DNA from: Spirochaetia bacterium
GTDB taxonomy: Bacteria; Spirochaetota; Spirochaetia; DSM-2461
NCBI GenBank assembly: GCA_963666985.2
Contig: CAXXIA010000002.1
Coordinates: 2,240,001-2,304,000 of the forward strand
Length of the DNA stretch: 64,000 nucleotides
Reading direction: 5' to 3'
The translations under genes were made by a program, and so were the position numbers. The notes beneath the pieces were generated by a model. That model was not told where the DNA came from and searched no databases. It saw nothing but the letters and a program-made list of their open reading frames with translations. Positions within the stretch are counted from its first letter, which is position 1; each line of letters begins with the position of its first letter. Shown here piece by piece: positions 31,137 through 41,210 of the stretch.

Positions 31137-31781
31137 ATGAATCGAATGACGGGTAATGACATCCTGGAAATATTCAAGTTTATCGAGGTGGAAATGCGGG
31201 AAAACAGCAGCCACCTCATCCACCTCGATTCTTTCGGCGGCGACGGCGATCTTGGTATCAGCATGTGCCAGGGGTTCCGCGGTATCATCGAGGAGCTTTC
31301 GAATCTCGATCTTTCGGATATGGAGTTAAAGGACGTGTTCTTGAAAGCCGCGATGGCCATAAACGAGTATTCTCCTTCCTCTTTGGGCACAATTCTCTGC
31401 GCCGGCATGATAGGGGGTGCCAAGATGATAGGCACCGAGTCGGAGAGTTTTTCAGTCCGGTATCGGAACTTCGTCGCGGGGGCTCTGGACGGCATTATGC
31501 AGCGGGCCGGATCGAAGCGGGGGGAGAAAACAATCCTCGACGCCATCGGCGGTGCCCTTGATGCCCTTGAAAAGAGCATCGCTTCGGGAGATTCTCCGGA
31601 GGATGCCGTTCAAGCCGCCTCCTCCGGCGCTCGAGATGGAATGGAGGCAACCAAGGACATGATAGCGGTTCACGGCCGCGCCGCTTACCGGAAAGAGAAC
31701 TCGCGGGGGTATGTCGACGGCGGCGCCACGGTCGGTATGCTCATTTTTAAGGCCGTCAGTGAGTATGTCGTCGGGAACTGA
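31137..31781 (+). CDS. dhaL: Dihydroxyacetone/tetrose kinase nucleotide-binding subunit (Dak2)
   Basis: LDS.GGDGDLG, GEKTILDA, HGRAAY, DGGA. Confidence 0.85.
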   Translation: MNRMTGNDILEIFKFIEVEMRENSSHLIHLDSFGGDGDLGISMCQGFRGIIEELSNLDLSDMELKDVFLKAAMAINEYSPSSLGTILCAGMIGGAKMIGTESESFSVRYRNFVAGALDGIMQRAGSKRGEKTILDAIGGALDALEKSIASGDSPEDAVQAASSGARDGMEATKDMIAVHGRAAYRKENSRGYVDGGATVGMLIFKAVSEYVVGN

Positions 31782-31855
31782 ATGTCCCTGTGTTTTTTAC
31801 TTCCGGCCGGAAAAGCGGCCGGAGGCCGGCTCATAAGATTTCATTTGGAGTATTC

Positions 31856-33130
31856 ATGATCGATAAGAGGATCTACCGGAAATACGTGAACGTACTTCGC
31901 AAGGAACTCGTTCCCGCCCTCGGCTGCACTGAGCCGATTGCAATCGCATACGCGAGCGCGAAGGCGAGGGAAACCCTCGGCCGTTTCCCCGAAGAAATCG
32001 TCGTCGAATGCTCGGGAAACATCATCAAGAACGTAAAGGGTGTTATCGTTCCCACCACCGAGAACCTCAGAGGGGTTGAGGCCGGCGCCATCCTGGGTGC
32101 CGTAGGAGGAGACGCCGGTAAAAAGCTTGAGGTGCTCTCTTCCGTTAAGGCCGAGGATGTGGAAGAAACCAGGCGGCTGTTGAGCGGGAATCTCTGTACC
32201 GTCGTCCTGAAGAAGAATGTCGAGAACCTGTACATCAACGTAGCAATGAAGAGCGGGGATTCCACCGCATCGGTGCTTATTGTCGATGCTCATACAAATA
32301 TTGTGGAAGTTAAGAAGAACGGAGAAGTTCTCTTCCAGGATGATTATGATCTTTCTTCGGCGGCCGAGCTTTCGAAAGAGGACTTCAACATTGAACGCAT
32401 TTACGAGTTTGCCAATACTGTTCGTATCGAAGATATCGAAAAGATCATCAATGCGCAGATAGAATTGAACTCGGCTATTGCGAATGAAGGACTCAGCCGG
32501 AATTATGGAGCGAACGTCGGAAAAATACTTATCCTCAACGGCAAAAATGATGTTAAGACTTTGGCCAAAGCCTATTCGGCCGCGGGATCGGATGCCAGAA
32601 TGGCCGGATGCACTATGCCGGTTATTATCAACTCCGGCAGCGGGAATCAGGGAATTACCCTTACAATGCCCGTTGTGAAGTACGCCGAGTTTTTGAAGAC
32701 TCCCAGGGAAAAACAGCTCCGGGCACTGGTCTTCGCCAATCTGCTTGCCATTTACCAGAAATCCGGAATCGGGAAATTGTCCGCCTACTGCGGTGCCGTC
32801 AGTGCGGCATGCGGTGCCGGCGCGGCCATTTCCTACCTTTACGATTTGCCTTTGGACACCATAAGAATGACTATCAAGAATGTTCTCGGCAATGTCTCCG
32901 GCATCGTCTGCGACGGGGCCAAGTCCTCTTGCGCAGCGAAAATCGCGTCTTCGGTGGATGCGGCCATCATGGGACACGAGATGGCCATGAGCGGCCAGGT
33001 GTATTCCGGCTGCGAAGGACTTAACGACGAAGATGCCGACATGACTATCGAAAATATCTCACACCTGGCGAAAGAGGGCATGCGGGAAACGGATTACAGC
33101 ATACTGGAGATGATGATCCGGAATAAATAA
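31856..33130 (+). CDS. L-cysteine desulfidase-like protein (CyuA/YhaM, serine dehydratase alpha-like)
   Basis: PALGCTEP, GSDARM.G, GSGNQG, CDGAK.SC motifs. Confidence 0.8.
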   Translation: MIDKRIYRKYVNVLRKELVPALGCTEPIAIAYASAKARETLGRFPEEIVVECSGNIIKNVKGVIVPTTENLRGVEAGAILGAVGGDAGKKLEVLSSVKAEDVEETRRLLSGNLCTVVLKKNVENLYINVAMKSGDSTASVLIVDAHTNIVEVKKNGEVLFQDDYDLSSAAELSKEDFNIERIYEFANTVRIEDIEKIINAQIELNSAIANEGLSRNYGANVGKILILNGKNDVKTLAKAYSAAGSDARMAGCTMPVIINSGSGNQGITLTMPVVKYAEFLKTPREKQLRALVFANLLAIYQKSGIGKLSAYCGAVSAACGAGAAISYLYDLPLDTIRMTIKNVLGNVSGIVCDGAKSSCAAKIASSVDAAIMGHEMAMSGQVYSGCEGLNDEDADMTIENISHLAKEGMRETDYSILEMMIRNK

Positions 33131-33271
33131 CACAGCCGGCCGAAGGAAGCGGATGAATGGTATTTTGCGGGTATCTGAACTGGAATCGAATTTAATGCAT
33201 TCTTTTGTGCCGTCTCTTCATGGAATCCATTTTCCGGCGGCCGGATATTCCATCTGCAAGGAATCGGCATA

Positions 33272-34999
33272 ATGCAGCTGAAGAAACTGATACTGACGAA
33301 TATCCTCATTATCGTTATCGCCCTTCTGATTCTATGGCTCCTGGTTTTTACCACAATCAATTCTACGTTGAAGGACCAATTTATCTTTTCGAACCAGCTG
33401 GTTCTGAGAAACGGAATGGATCTCATCGAGAATTTCATCAAAGAAGGGAAGGACTTGGTTCTGGATATCGCCGTCGATCCCGATATTCAGGACGGTTTGG
33501 ATCGGTTTCAAGCGGAGCAGAATGCAGGAGAGAGGATAGAAAAAATACTGGAACAGAACACCGGATATCTCGGAAAAATGCGTGATTTCGCCGGTTTCGT
33601 CGAATTCTTTCCTTACAAGGATTCCTCTCTGTTCGAGTTCGACGAGGAACGGGATGCGTATGTTCTTATTGAAGCCGCCGATTGGATGAACGAGGTTATC
33701 GCTGCGGACGGCTCATTCATTATCGAGAAAACCGATTTCGGCGGCAATTCTTATATCAGGGTGGCCATGCTCGTTCGGAGTATTAACCATTGGCCTCGGA
33801 AAAGCGCGGTGATGGTTTTCTATATTCGTTTGGAGACACTGCTTTCGCTGTTCTATCAAATCCGTTTGGAAAACTCCAATCAACCCTATCTGGTGAACGA
33901 ATCGGGGGAAATTATACTGCCTTACGAGAACGTGTACCGGATTTCCGAGAACGATTTATTGAGCCGGCAGGAAGGTTGGTTCATTCGGAACGATAGAATA
34001 ATAATCAACGAAGCCTTTCGCATGACGGATTGGAAGCTGATGGGCATCTTCCCCGAGAATAAGCTGATGGAGAAGAGCCGGGATATTCGAAGAACCTTCT
34101 TCATCGTCGGCGGATTGGTCGTGTCTCTGCTTATTCTGGTATCCGTCCTCTTTTCCGTTTGGATTACCAAGCCCATTACGGAGCTCGCCGAAGCTATGTC
34201 GAAGGTTGAGAAGGACGATTTTAAGGAAATCGACCTTGAATTCAGTCGATCATACGGACGTGAAACCCGGCAGCTGTATAGTCAGTACAATTATATGATC
34301 CGACGGATCAACAGTCTCATCGAAGAGATGTATTTGGCGCAGATTCGGGAGAAGGAAGCGGAGCTGCTTGCTCTTCAGCAGCAGATTAACCCCCATTTTC
34401 TGTACAACACCCTCGATTCCATCGCCTGGATGAGTCTTGCTTATAAGGCCGAAGACATCAGGCATATGGTTCTCTCCCTCGCATCCATGATGCGCTACTC
34501 CCTGAACGAAGGGAACAATCTCATACTTGTCAGAGACGAACTGGAGCAGGTAAGGAACTATGTCGGCATCCAGGAAATTCGGTACGACAACAAGTTTTCC
34601 ACGATGATTAAGTGTGATCCTCAAGCTCTCGATTACAAGATCATCAAACTTATCATTCAACCCTTGGTAGAGAATGCCATTGTCCACGGTTTCAAGGATA
34701 CGGGACGATTCGGTAAAATCGATATCAATGTCGTCGTTCAGGAGAAGAATCTCGTCATCGAGGTTATCAACGACGGCGTCGAAATCGATCTTAAGAAGAT
34801 CCGCGATATCTTCAATCCGGATTCGGAATACCGCCCAAGACATTACGGGCTGAAAAACGTGAATGACCGCTTGGTGAAGCGATTCGGAAAGCAGAGCGCC
34901 ATCGTATTTTCGATAGATCAAGAGAGAACCATCGCGCGTATCGTCATTCCTCTGGTAAAGATAGACAATTCCGGTGGGGAGGTCGGTATACGTGGATAG
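33272..34999 (+). CDS. YesM-type sensor histidine kinase
   Basis: Two TM segments, HAMP, QINPHFLYNTL, QPLVENAIVHG. Confidence 0.9.
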   Translation: MQLKKLILTNILIIVIALLILWLLVFTTINSTLKDQFIFSNQLVLRNGMDLIENFIKEGKDLVLDIAVDPDIQDGLDRFQAEQNAGERIEKILEQNTGYLGKMRDFAGFVEFFPYKDSSLFEFDEERDAYVLIEAADWMNEVIAADGSFIIEKTDFGGNSYIRVAMLVRSINHWPRKSAVMVFYIRLETLLSLFYQIRLENSNQPYLVNESGEIILPYENVYRISENDLLSRQEGWFIRNDRIIINEAFRMTDWKLMGIFPENKLMEKSRDIRRTFFIVGGLVVSLLILVSVLFSVWITKPITELAEAMSKVEKDDFKEIDLEFSRSYGRETRQLYSQYNYMIRRINSLIEEMYLAQIREKEAELLALQQQINPHFLYNTLDSIAWMSLAYKAEDIRHMVLSLASMMRYSLNEGNNLILVRDELEQVRNYVGIQEIRYDNKFSTMIKCDPQALDYKIIKLIIQPLVENAIVHGFKDTGRFGKIDINVVVQEKNLVIEVINDGVEIDLKKIRDIFNPDSEYRPRHYGLKNVNDRLVKRFGKQSAIVFSIDQERTIARIVIPLVKIDNSGGEVGIRG

Positions 35000-36104
35000 A
35001 ATCCAAGTTCTTATCGTAGACGATGAAAAAATCGTCCGTGAAGGTCTGTTCCGATATATCGATTGGGACGAATATAACATGCACGTTTTCGCGACTGTTG
35101 AAAACGGCGTTGAAGCACTGGAAATTGTTAACAATCATCCTATTGATTTAGTTATCGCCGATATCCATATGCCTATCATGAACGGAATGGAACTTATCGG
35201 TCGTCTGGAGGGCTTCGAAAAGCCGCCTCTGGTTATATTGATCAGCGGCTTCAGCGATTTTTCTTATGCTCAGGAAGCCGTACGCAGCAACATTGCGCAG
35301 GATTATATCCTCAAGCCCCTTAATTTCGAGCAGATGGACATCGTGCTAACGAAGGTGGGACAGAAAATTGCCCGGGATTATTCCTACGTCTCATTCCCGA
35401 TACTCGATGAAGAAGAATGGAAACTGTTCACCAAAACATACGCCAAGGCCGTTAAAAAGTCCCAGAATGAAATTATCGAGAGGATTAAAGCCGGGGATTT
35501 CGGACAGGCCGTTCTGTTTTTTGAGGACGGTATTCGGGAATGCCGGTGTAATCTTCGCTCCATCAACTATATCTCCCGGTATTGTATCGACATCGCTCTT
35601 GGAATTTGTGAAATTGCTCTTGATGGAATGGACTCTCTGGAACTTCTGGAAAACGATCCGGTCCAATCGATTTCCAGATTGTCTACGGAAATGGAGATTT
35701 TTGATTACGTTAAGGATTTGATGGAGAAGGCCGTCGGCGCGATTAATCGGATAGACCGGATGAAATACTCGCCGCTTATTCATTCGGTAATCAACCGGGT
35801 GAACGACCATTATGACGACAGTTTGCTTTCTCTGAACCTTATTGCCGACGAACACTCCGTTTCTCCAAGCTACCTTTCGATGAAATTCAAAGAAGAAGTA
35901 AAGGTTAATTTCAACAAGTACTTGAACGGCTTACGCATCAAAAGAGCGAAGGAACTCCTGATGGATTTTTCGCTGAAGGTGTATATGGTTTCGGAACGGG
36001 TGGGTTACGGCGATGTCCGTTACTTTTCAAGGATTTTTCGGAAATGCACGGGGTATTCGCCTACCGAATATCAAAAGAATTTCTCGCCGTTTCTTTTCTC
36101 TTGA
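34992..36104 (+). CDS. YesN-type response regulator (receiver + AraC HTH)
   Basis: LIVDDE, ADIHMP, C-terminal YFSRIFRK.TG.SP.EY. Confidence 0.9.
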   Translation: MDRIQVLIVDDEKIVREGLFRYIDWDEYNMHVFATVENGVEALEIVNNHPIDLVIADIHMPIMNGMELIGRLEGFEKPPLVILISGFSDFSYAQEAVRSNIAQDYILKPLNFEQMDIVLTKVGQKIARDYSYVSFPILDEEEWKLFTKTYAKAVKKSQNEIIERIKAGDFGQAVLFFEDGIRECRCNLRSINYISRYCIDIALGICEIALDGMDSLELLENDPVQSISRLSTEMEIFDYVKDLMEKAVGAINRIDRMKYSPLIHSVINRVNDHYDDSLLSLNLIADEHSVSPSYLSMKFKEEVKVNFNKYLNGLRIKRAKELLMDFSLKVYMVSERVGYGDVRYFSRIFRKCTGYSPTEYQKNFSPFLFS

Positions 36105-36172
36105 TTCATGGAAGGCCGCCGGTCTTATGGATAATCTTCAGGCTATAAAAGTGTTTCCCGCGGTGGCCTGCG

Positions 36173-36299
36173 GAGCTGTCTGTGGAACGGCGCGGATGCG
36201 TTCCGATCCAAATTGATGATTCCGAGAGAGACTTGAGGCGCGACTCTGGGCATAAGTGGTTCCTTTACTAACTTGATAAATGGATCTTGTTTGGTCCAA
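36173..36299 (-). pseudogene. Truncated copy of mocR 5' end (27 codons) plus operator region; direct repeat copy 2
   Basis: Encodes MPRVAPQVSLGIINLDRNASAPFHRQL, then diverges and stops at 36143. Confidence 0.85.
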
Positions 36300-36353
36300 T
36301 TATACTCTCGACAATCATAAACATAATCCATCCGTCATACGAGGAGAATTACC

Positions 36354-37691
36354 ATGTCCGCTAACGGAAGAATGGAATCGATCCAGAAGCTGGATCGTGA
36401 ACATGTAGTTTACAGCTGGAAGGCTCAGAAGGGCTTTAAGCCCATCATTATGGATAGGGCCGAGGGCGTATATCAGTGGGATGTCGACGGGAATCGCTTT
36501 ATCGATTTTTCCGCCGGTCTGCTCTGCGTGAACATCGGTCACGGCAACAAGCATGTTCTGGACGCGATGAAGAGCCAAATGGACAAGCTCTGCTACGTCG
36601 GAACATCATTCGGAACCGAGCCCAAGGCCGAACTGGCCCGCATGATCTCGGAAGTCACCCCGGGTGATTTAGACTATGTTTTCTATACCAACGGCGGCGC
36701 CGAAGCGGTTGAGAACGCCATCAAGGCGGCCCGTCTGTACACGGGACGTCATAAAATCTACGCCCGATGGCGCGGTTACCACGGTGCTACCGCCGGCGCG
36801 ATCACCCTCTCCGGCGATCCCCGGCGCTGGGCCGCCGAACCGGGCATTCCCGGCGTGGTTCATTACTTCGGACCTTATCCTTATCACGATCCTTTCGGAA
36901 CGGTGGACGATCCGGAAGAATGCGGAAAGAGAACCCTGGAGGTTCTCAAGACTCAAATCATGCTGGACGGCGCGCATACCGTCGCGGCCATCTTCATGGA
37001 ACCCATCGTGGGAACCAACGGCATCATCATTCCGCCCAAGAGCTATGTTCAGGGCGTCCGCCAGCTTTGCGATGAGAACGGCATTCTGATGATTTCCGAC
37101 GAAGTGATGGCCGGATGGGGACGGACCGGAAAGTGGTTCGGTATTGAAAACTTCGACGTGGTGCCCGATATCATCACCACCGCCAAGGGGCTTACCTCGG
37201 GTTACATTCCCCTGGGCGCCATGATTTGGAACAAGAAGCTCTGGGATTACTTCGGGGATCATCCTTTTGTCGGCGGACTTACCTACGGCGGACATGCTTT
37301 GGCCTGCGCCGCGGGAATCGCCAACATCGAGGTGTATAAGAACGACGGACTGATTGAAAACTCCCGTGTTTTGGGCGAGCATTTTTCCAAGAAGCTTGAG
37401 GAAGTGAAAGAAAAACATCCGAGCGTCGGTGATGTACGGAACAAGGGTCTGTGGGGCTGCATCGAGCTTACCTCCGACAAGAAAACCCATGCGCCGCTGG
37501 CCGGATTCAATAACTCCATCCGCAACGTGGCGCCGGAGTTGAGCAAGCGCATGCAGGACATGGGGCTGACTCTGTTCGCCAAATGGGACTTTATCTTCAT
37601 GGCGCCGCCGCTGTGCATCAACAAGGATCAGCTGGACGAGTCCGTCGCGATTATCGACAAGGCTTTGGAGTACACCGATTCGCTGCTGTAG
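36354..37691 (+). CDS. Class III (omega-amino acid) aminotransferase, taurine/beta-alanine:pyruvate transaminase-like
   Basis: DEVMAGWGRTG, TTAKGLTSG PLP lysine, GLTY.GH; GAGGAG RBS. Confidence 0.85.
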   Translation: MSANGRMESIQKLDREHVVYSWKAQKGFKPIIMDRAEGVYQWDVDGNRFIDFSAGLLCVNIGHGNKHVLDAMKSQMDKLCYVGTSFGTEPKAELARMISEVTPGDLDYVFYTNGGAEAVENAIKAARLYTGRHKIYARWRGYHGATAGAITLSGDPRRWAAEPGIPGVVHYFGPYPYHDPFGTVDDPEECGKRTLEVLKTQIMLDGAHTVAAIFMEPIVGTNGIIIPPKSYVQGVRQLCDENGILMISDEVMAGWGRTGKWFGIENFDVVPDIITTAKGLTSGYIPLGAMIWNKKLWDYFGDHPFVGGLTYGGHALACAAGIANIEVYKNDGLIENSRVLGEHFSKKLEEVKEKHPSVGDVRNKGLWGCIELTSDKKTHAPLAGFNNSIRNVAPELSKRMQDMGLTLFAKWDFIFMAPPLCINKDQLDESVAIIDKALEYTDSLL

Positions 37692-37862
37692 CCTGCGATT
37701 GCGTTAGGGTGATTTCCCGCTTTACGGCGCGGCCGTTTCGGCTGCGAATGTGGAGCGGGATATTCGTTATTAAGGCCGGCGTGAGCCGGCCGCCGATCTC
37801 CGGAGGGGATTGGTGAAGAACTCGCCGGCAGGCGAGATCAACAAAAAAGAAGAGGGAAAACA

Positions 37863-39263
37863 ATGAGTATCGACGCGAAAACGTATATCGCCGATTTGGT
37901 GGCGAAAGCCCGGGCCGCCCAGGCCCAGATTGAGTTTAAAAGCCAGGAAGAAGTGGATGATATCTGCGCACGGCTGACCCGCGCGGGAACCACGGACGCC
38001 TTTGCGAAGAAAATCGCGGAGTTGGCGGTTGAAGAATCCAAAATGGGCCGCGTGGATTCCAAAATCGGCAAGATGATGGTGAAGGTGAAGGGTGTGTATG
38101 CCCAGCTGAAAGACGCGAAGACCGTCGGCATTATCGAGCGCGACGAGGCGAAGGGCCTTGTGAAAATCGCCAAGCCCGTGGGTGTTATCGGCGCCCTGAT
38201 TCCCGTAACCAACTGTGAAGCCACGCCTTTCGGCAAGGCCATCAGCGCCATTAAAACCAGGAACGCCATCATTCTGGCGCCCCATCCCCGTTCCGTGGCC
38301 ACCGGCAAGCTGGCTTCGGACCGCATGAGGGAGGTTCTCAAGCGTCACGGCTGGCCGGTCGATCTGATTCAGACCTTGGATGAAATCTCCGTGGATATCA
38401 CCGGCGAACTGATGAAGCAGAGCGACTTGGTTCTGGCGACCGGAGGAACTCCGATGGTTCGGGCCGCTTATTCCTCGGGTAAGCCCGCTCTGGGCGTGGG
38501 AACCGGCAACGCCGTTACCGTGGTGGACACAACCGCAAATACGGACGAAGTGGCCGATAAAATTATGCGGTCCAATACCTTCGATCATGGAACAAGCTGT
38601 TCCACGGAGAACGAGTGTCTGGTTCACGAGAGCATGCTGGACCGGATGAAAGCCAGCTTCGAAAAAGCCGGGGCCTATATCGTTCCCGCTTCGGAGAAGG
38701 ATAAGCTTCAGAAGACTTACTGGCCCGACGGCGTTCATATCAATAAGGACGTCGTGGCTCAGGATCCCCATAAGATCGCGTCCATGGCGGGCATCAATAT
38801 GCCGGCGGACAAGACCTTCCTGGTTGTGGAAGAAACCGGATACGGCGAGGGCTATCCCTTCTCCGGCGAGAAACTTTCGGCATGTGTGGCTCTCTACACC
38901 TATAAAACTCTTGATCAGGCCATCGAAATGGTCAACGCGATGACGACCTTCTGCGGTCCGGGGCACAGCTGCGGTATTCACACCACCGATAAAGAGAAGG
39001 CCATCAAGCTGGCGACGGCCGTGAAGGTTTCCCGCGTAATGGTGAATCAGCCGCAGGCTTTGGCCAACAGCGGCGCCTGGACCAACGGCATGCCGATGTC
39101 GTTGACTCTGGGATGCGGTACCTGGGGGTATAACAGTGTTTCGGAGAACGTCACGTACAAGTTCCTGATGAACACCACTTGGGTGGCCTGGCCGATTCCC
39201 AGCACCGAGCCGAAAGATGAGGTATTGTTCAGCAAGGACGTTCTTGAGGAAAAGTGGGACTGA
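37863..39263 (+). CDS. CoA-acylating aldehyde dehydrogenase (SauS/SucD/AdhE-N-like)
   Basis: PVGVIGALIPVTN, ATGG, FDHGTSCSTE, GEKLS, LTLGCGTWG. Confidence 0.85.
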   Translation: MSIDAKTYIADLVAKARAAQAQIEFKSQEEVDDICARLTRAGTTDAFAKKIAELAVEESKMGRVDSKIGKMMVKVKGVYAQLKDAKTVGIIERDEAKGLVKIAKPVGVIGALIPVTNCEATPFGKAISAIKTRNAIILAPHPRSVATGKLASDRMREVLKRHGWPVDLIQTLDEISVDITGELMKQSDLVLATGGTPMVRAAYSSGKPALGVGTGNAVTVVDTTANTDEVADKIMRSNTFDHGTSCSTENECLVHESMLDRMKASFEKAGAYIVPASEKDKLQKTYWPDGVHINKDVVAQDPHKIASMAGINMPADKTFLVVEETGYGEGYPFSGEKLSACVALYTYKTLDQAIEMVNAMTTFCGPGHSCGIHTTDKEKAIKLATAVKVSRVMVNQPQALANSGAWTNGMPMSLTLGCGTWGYNSVSENVTYKFLMNTTWVAWPIPSTEPKDEVLFSKDVLEEKWD

Positions 39264-39349
39264 TTACCAAGTGACGCTTGAGAAGGGGAGGATTTCCGCC
39301 GTCTCTCAAGCGTTCAGGGAAAGAAAGGTGTTCGGTTTTGTTTTTATAA

Positions 39350-39372
39350 GTCCCCGCCCTTTGGGCGGGGAC
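39350..39372 (+). terminator. Stem-loop after the aminotransferase-ALDH operon
   Basis: GTCCCCGCCC-ttt-GGGCGGGGAC perfect 10-bp stem; weak U tract. Confidence 0.5.
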
Positions 39373-39656
39373 GGCTTAATGCCTTTCTGTTTTAAGATGT
39401 CGGGATCTGTTCCCGGCAGGACTGTTTACTTAAGCGAGGCGCCGCGGCTTCGGTAGGTCCTTGCCGCCGCGGTGTTCTTCGGGCGATAGGCGTTTTCGGC
39501 AAACTATTAAGGAAATGGAGCCGGAGAAATCCGTATTCGGAGATTTCAGGCAAAAGAACGACGATCTTTATGGACAAAAAGTGTTAATTTGTCTAAAAAG
39601 ATATGGTTAAGCGATCGGCTCAACGAAAAATACCCGATATGGTGGTGGATTAAGAT

Positions 39657-41210
39657 ATGTGGAAAAGCTCGTCATCAACGGAAAACACGGAACTGAAGGG
39701 AAAAATCGAAACGGCTCTGGAAGGCGGCGGGAAAGCCCGGATCGATAAACAGCACGGCCAGGGAAAGCTGACGGCCAGGGAACGTATCGACGAGCTGCTG
39801 GACGAAGGCAGCTTCGAGGAATACGACATGTTCCGAATGCATGTGAATAAGGATTTCGGCGAAACCGAGCAGTATTACGGCGACGGCGTTGTTACCGGCA
39901 GCGGCAAAATCGACGGTCGTCCCGTTTTTCTTTACGCCCAGGATTTCACCATCAACGGAGGCTCTCTTTCCCGCACCCATGCGGAGAAAATCTGCAAGGT
40001 GATGGACATGGCCAAGAAGGCCGGGGTTCCGATTATCGGTCTGAACGACTCGGGCGGTGCGCGCGTGCAGGACGGCATCGACTCTTTGGCCGGTTACGGA
40101 GAAATCTTTCAGCGCAACGTGATGTGTTCCGGAGTTGTTCCGCAGATTACGGCCATCCTCGGTCCCTGCGCGGGGGGGGCCGTCTATTCTCCCGCCATCC
40201 AGGACTTTGTGGTGATGAGCAAAGCCAACAGCTATATGTTCGTTACCGGTCCGAAAGTCGTGAAGCAGGTGATTTACGAAGATGTCACTTCGGCGCAGCT
40301 CGGCGGCGCGGCGGTGCATGCTTCCAAGAGCGGTGTGGCGCATTTTACGGCCGACGACGATAAGCATGCTTTGGCCATTATTCGCCGCATTCTCTCTTAC
40401 ATTCCGTCGAACAACCAAAAGAAGGCGCCGAGCGTTCCGGTGGACAGGAAGGATCGTAACGGTAAGAAAATCGCGACGATCGTGCCCGATGAGAGCAACA
40501 AGCCGTACGATGTGCGTGATGTGGTTGCCGAGGTGGTGGACGCCGGGGATTTCTTCGAGATCGCGGAGGCGTTTGCGCCGAACATCGTTATCGGTTTCGC
40601 GCGGATGAACGGGGATTCGGTCGGTATCGTGGCCAATCAGCCGAAGGTGAAAGCCGGAGTGCTGGATATCGATGCCTCGGTGAAAGCGGCGCGGTTCATT
40701 CGTTTCTGTGATGCGTTCAATATTCCTCTGATAACCTTCGTGGATGTTCCCGGCTTCATGCCCGGAACGCAGCAGGAGCATGGTGGAATCATCCGGAACG
40801 GGGCGAAGATGCTTTATGCCTACGCCGAGGCGACGGTGCCCAAGGTAACGGTGATTCTTCGCAAGGCTTACGGCGGGGCTTATATCATCATGAACTCGCG
40901 TCATTTGCGCGGCGATGTGGTGTACGCGTGGCCGAACGCGGAAATAGCGGTTATGGGAGCTCAGGGCGCGGCGGAAATCATTTTCCGTAAGGATGCGGAT
41001 GCTTCGGCCGACCCGGATCAGTTCCTTCGCGGGAAAGTGAAGGAATACGAGGATCATTTTTCGAATCCGTACCGGGCCGCGGAAAAGGGTTATGCGGATC
41101 ATGTAATTACGCCGGAAGAAACCCGCTCGAAACTCATCCACGCCCTTGAGATGCTCGCCGAGAAAAAGGACGAGGAACCGGTCCGTAAACACGGATGTAT
41201 GCCGTTATAG
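39657..41210 (+). CDS. Acyl-CoA carboxyltransferase subunit (PccB/MmdA family)
   Basis: GKLTARERI, DSGGARVQ, GPCAGGAVY, DVPGF, RKAYGGAY, KHG..PL. Confidence 0.9.
   Translation: MWKSSSSTENTELKGKIETALEGGGKARIDKQHGQGKLTARERIDELLDEGSFEEYDMFRMHVNKDFGETEQYYGDGVVTGSGKIDGRPVFLYAQDFTINGGSLSRTHAEKICKVMDMAKKAGVPIIGLNDSGGARVQDGIDSLAGYGEIFQRNVMCSGVVPQITAILGPCAGGAVYSPAIQDFVVMSKANSYMFVTGPKVVKQVIYEDVTSAQLGGAAVHASKSGVAHFTADDDKHALAIIRRILSYIPSNNQKKAPSVPVDRKDRNGKKIATIVPDESNKPYDVRDVVAEVVDAGDFFEIAEAFAPNIVIGFARMNGDSVGIVANQPKVKAGVLDIDASVKAARFIRFCDAFNIPLITFVDVPGFMPGTQQEHGGIIRNGAKMLYAYAEATVPKVTVILRKAYGGAYIIMNSRHLRGDVVYAWPNAEIAVMGAQGAAEIIFRKDADASADPDQFLRGKVKEYEDHFSNPYRAAEKGYADHVITPEETRSKLIHALEMLAEKKDEEPVRKHGCMPL

Noticed and set aside
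24058..36172. Cassette as an integrative mobile element
   Set aside because: No integrase, transposase or tRNA site; reported only as a repeat-bounded segment
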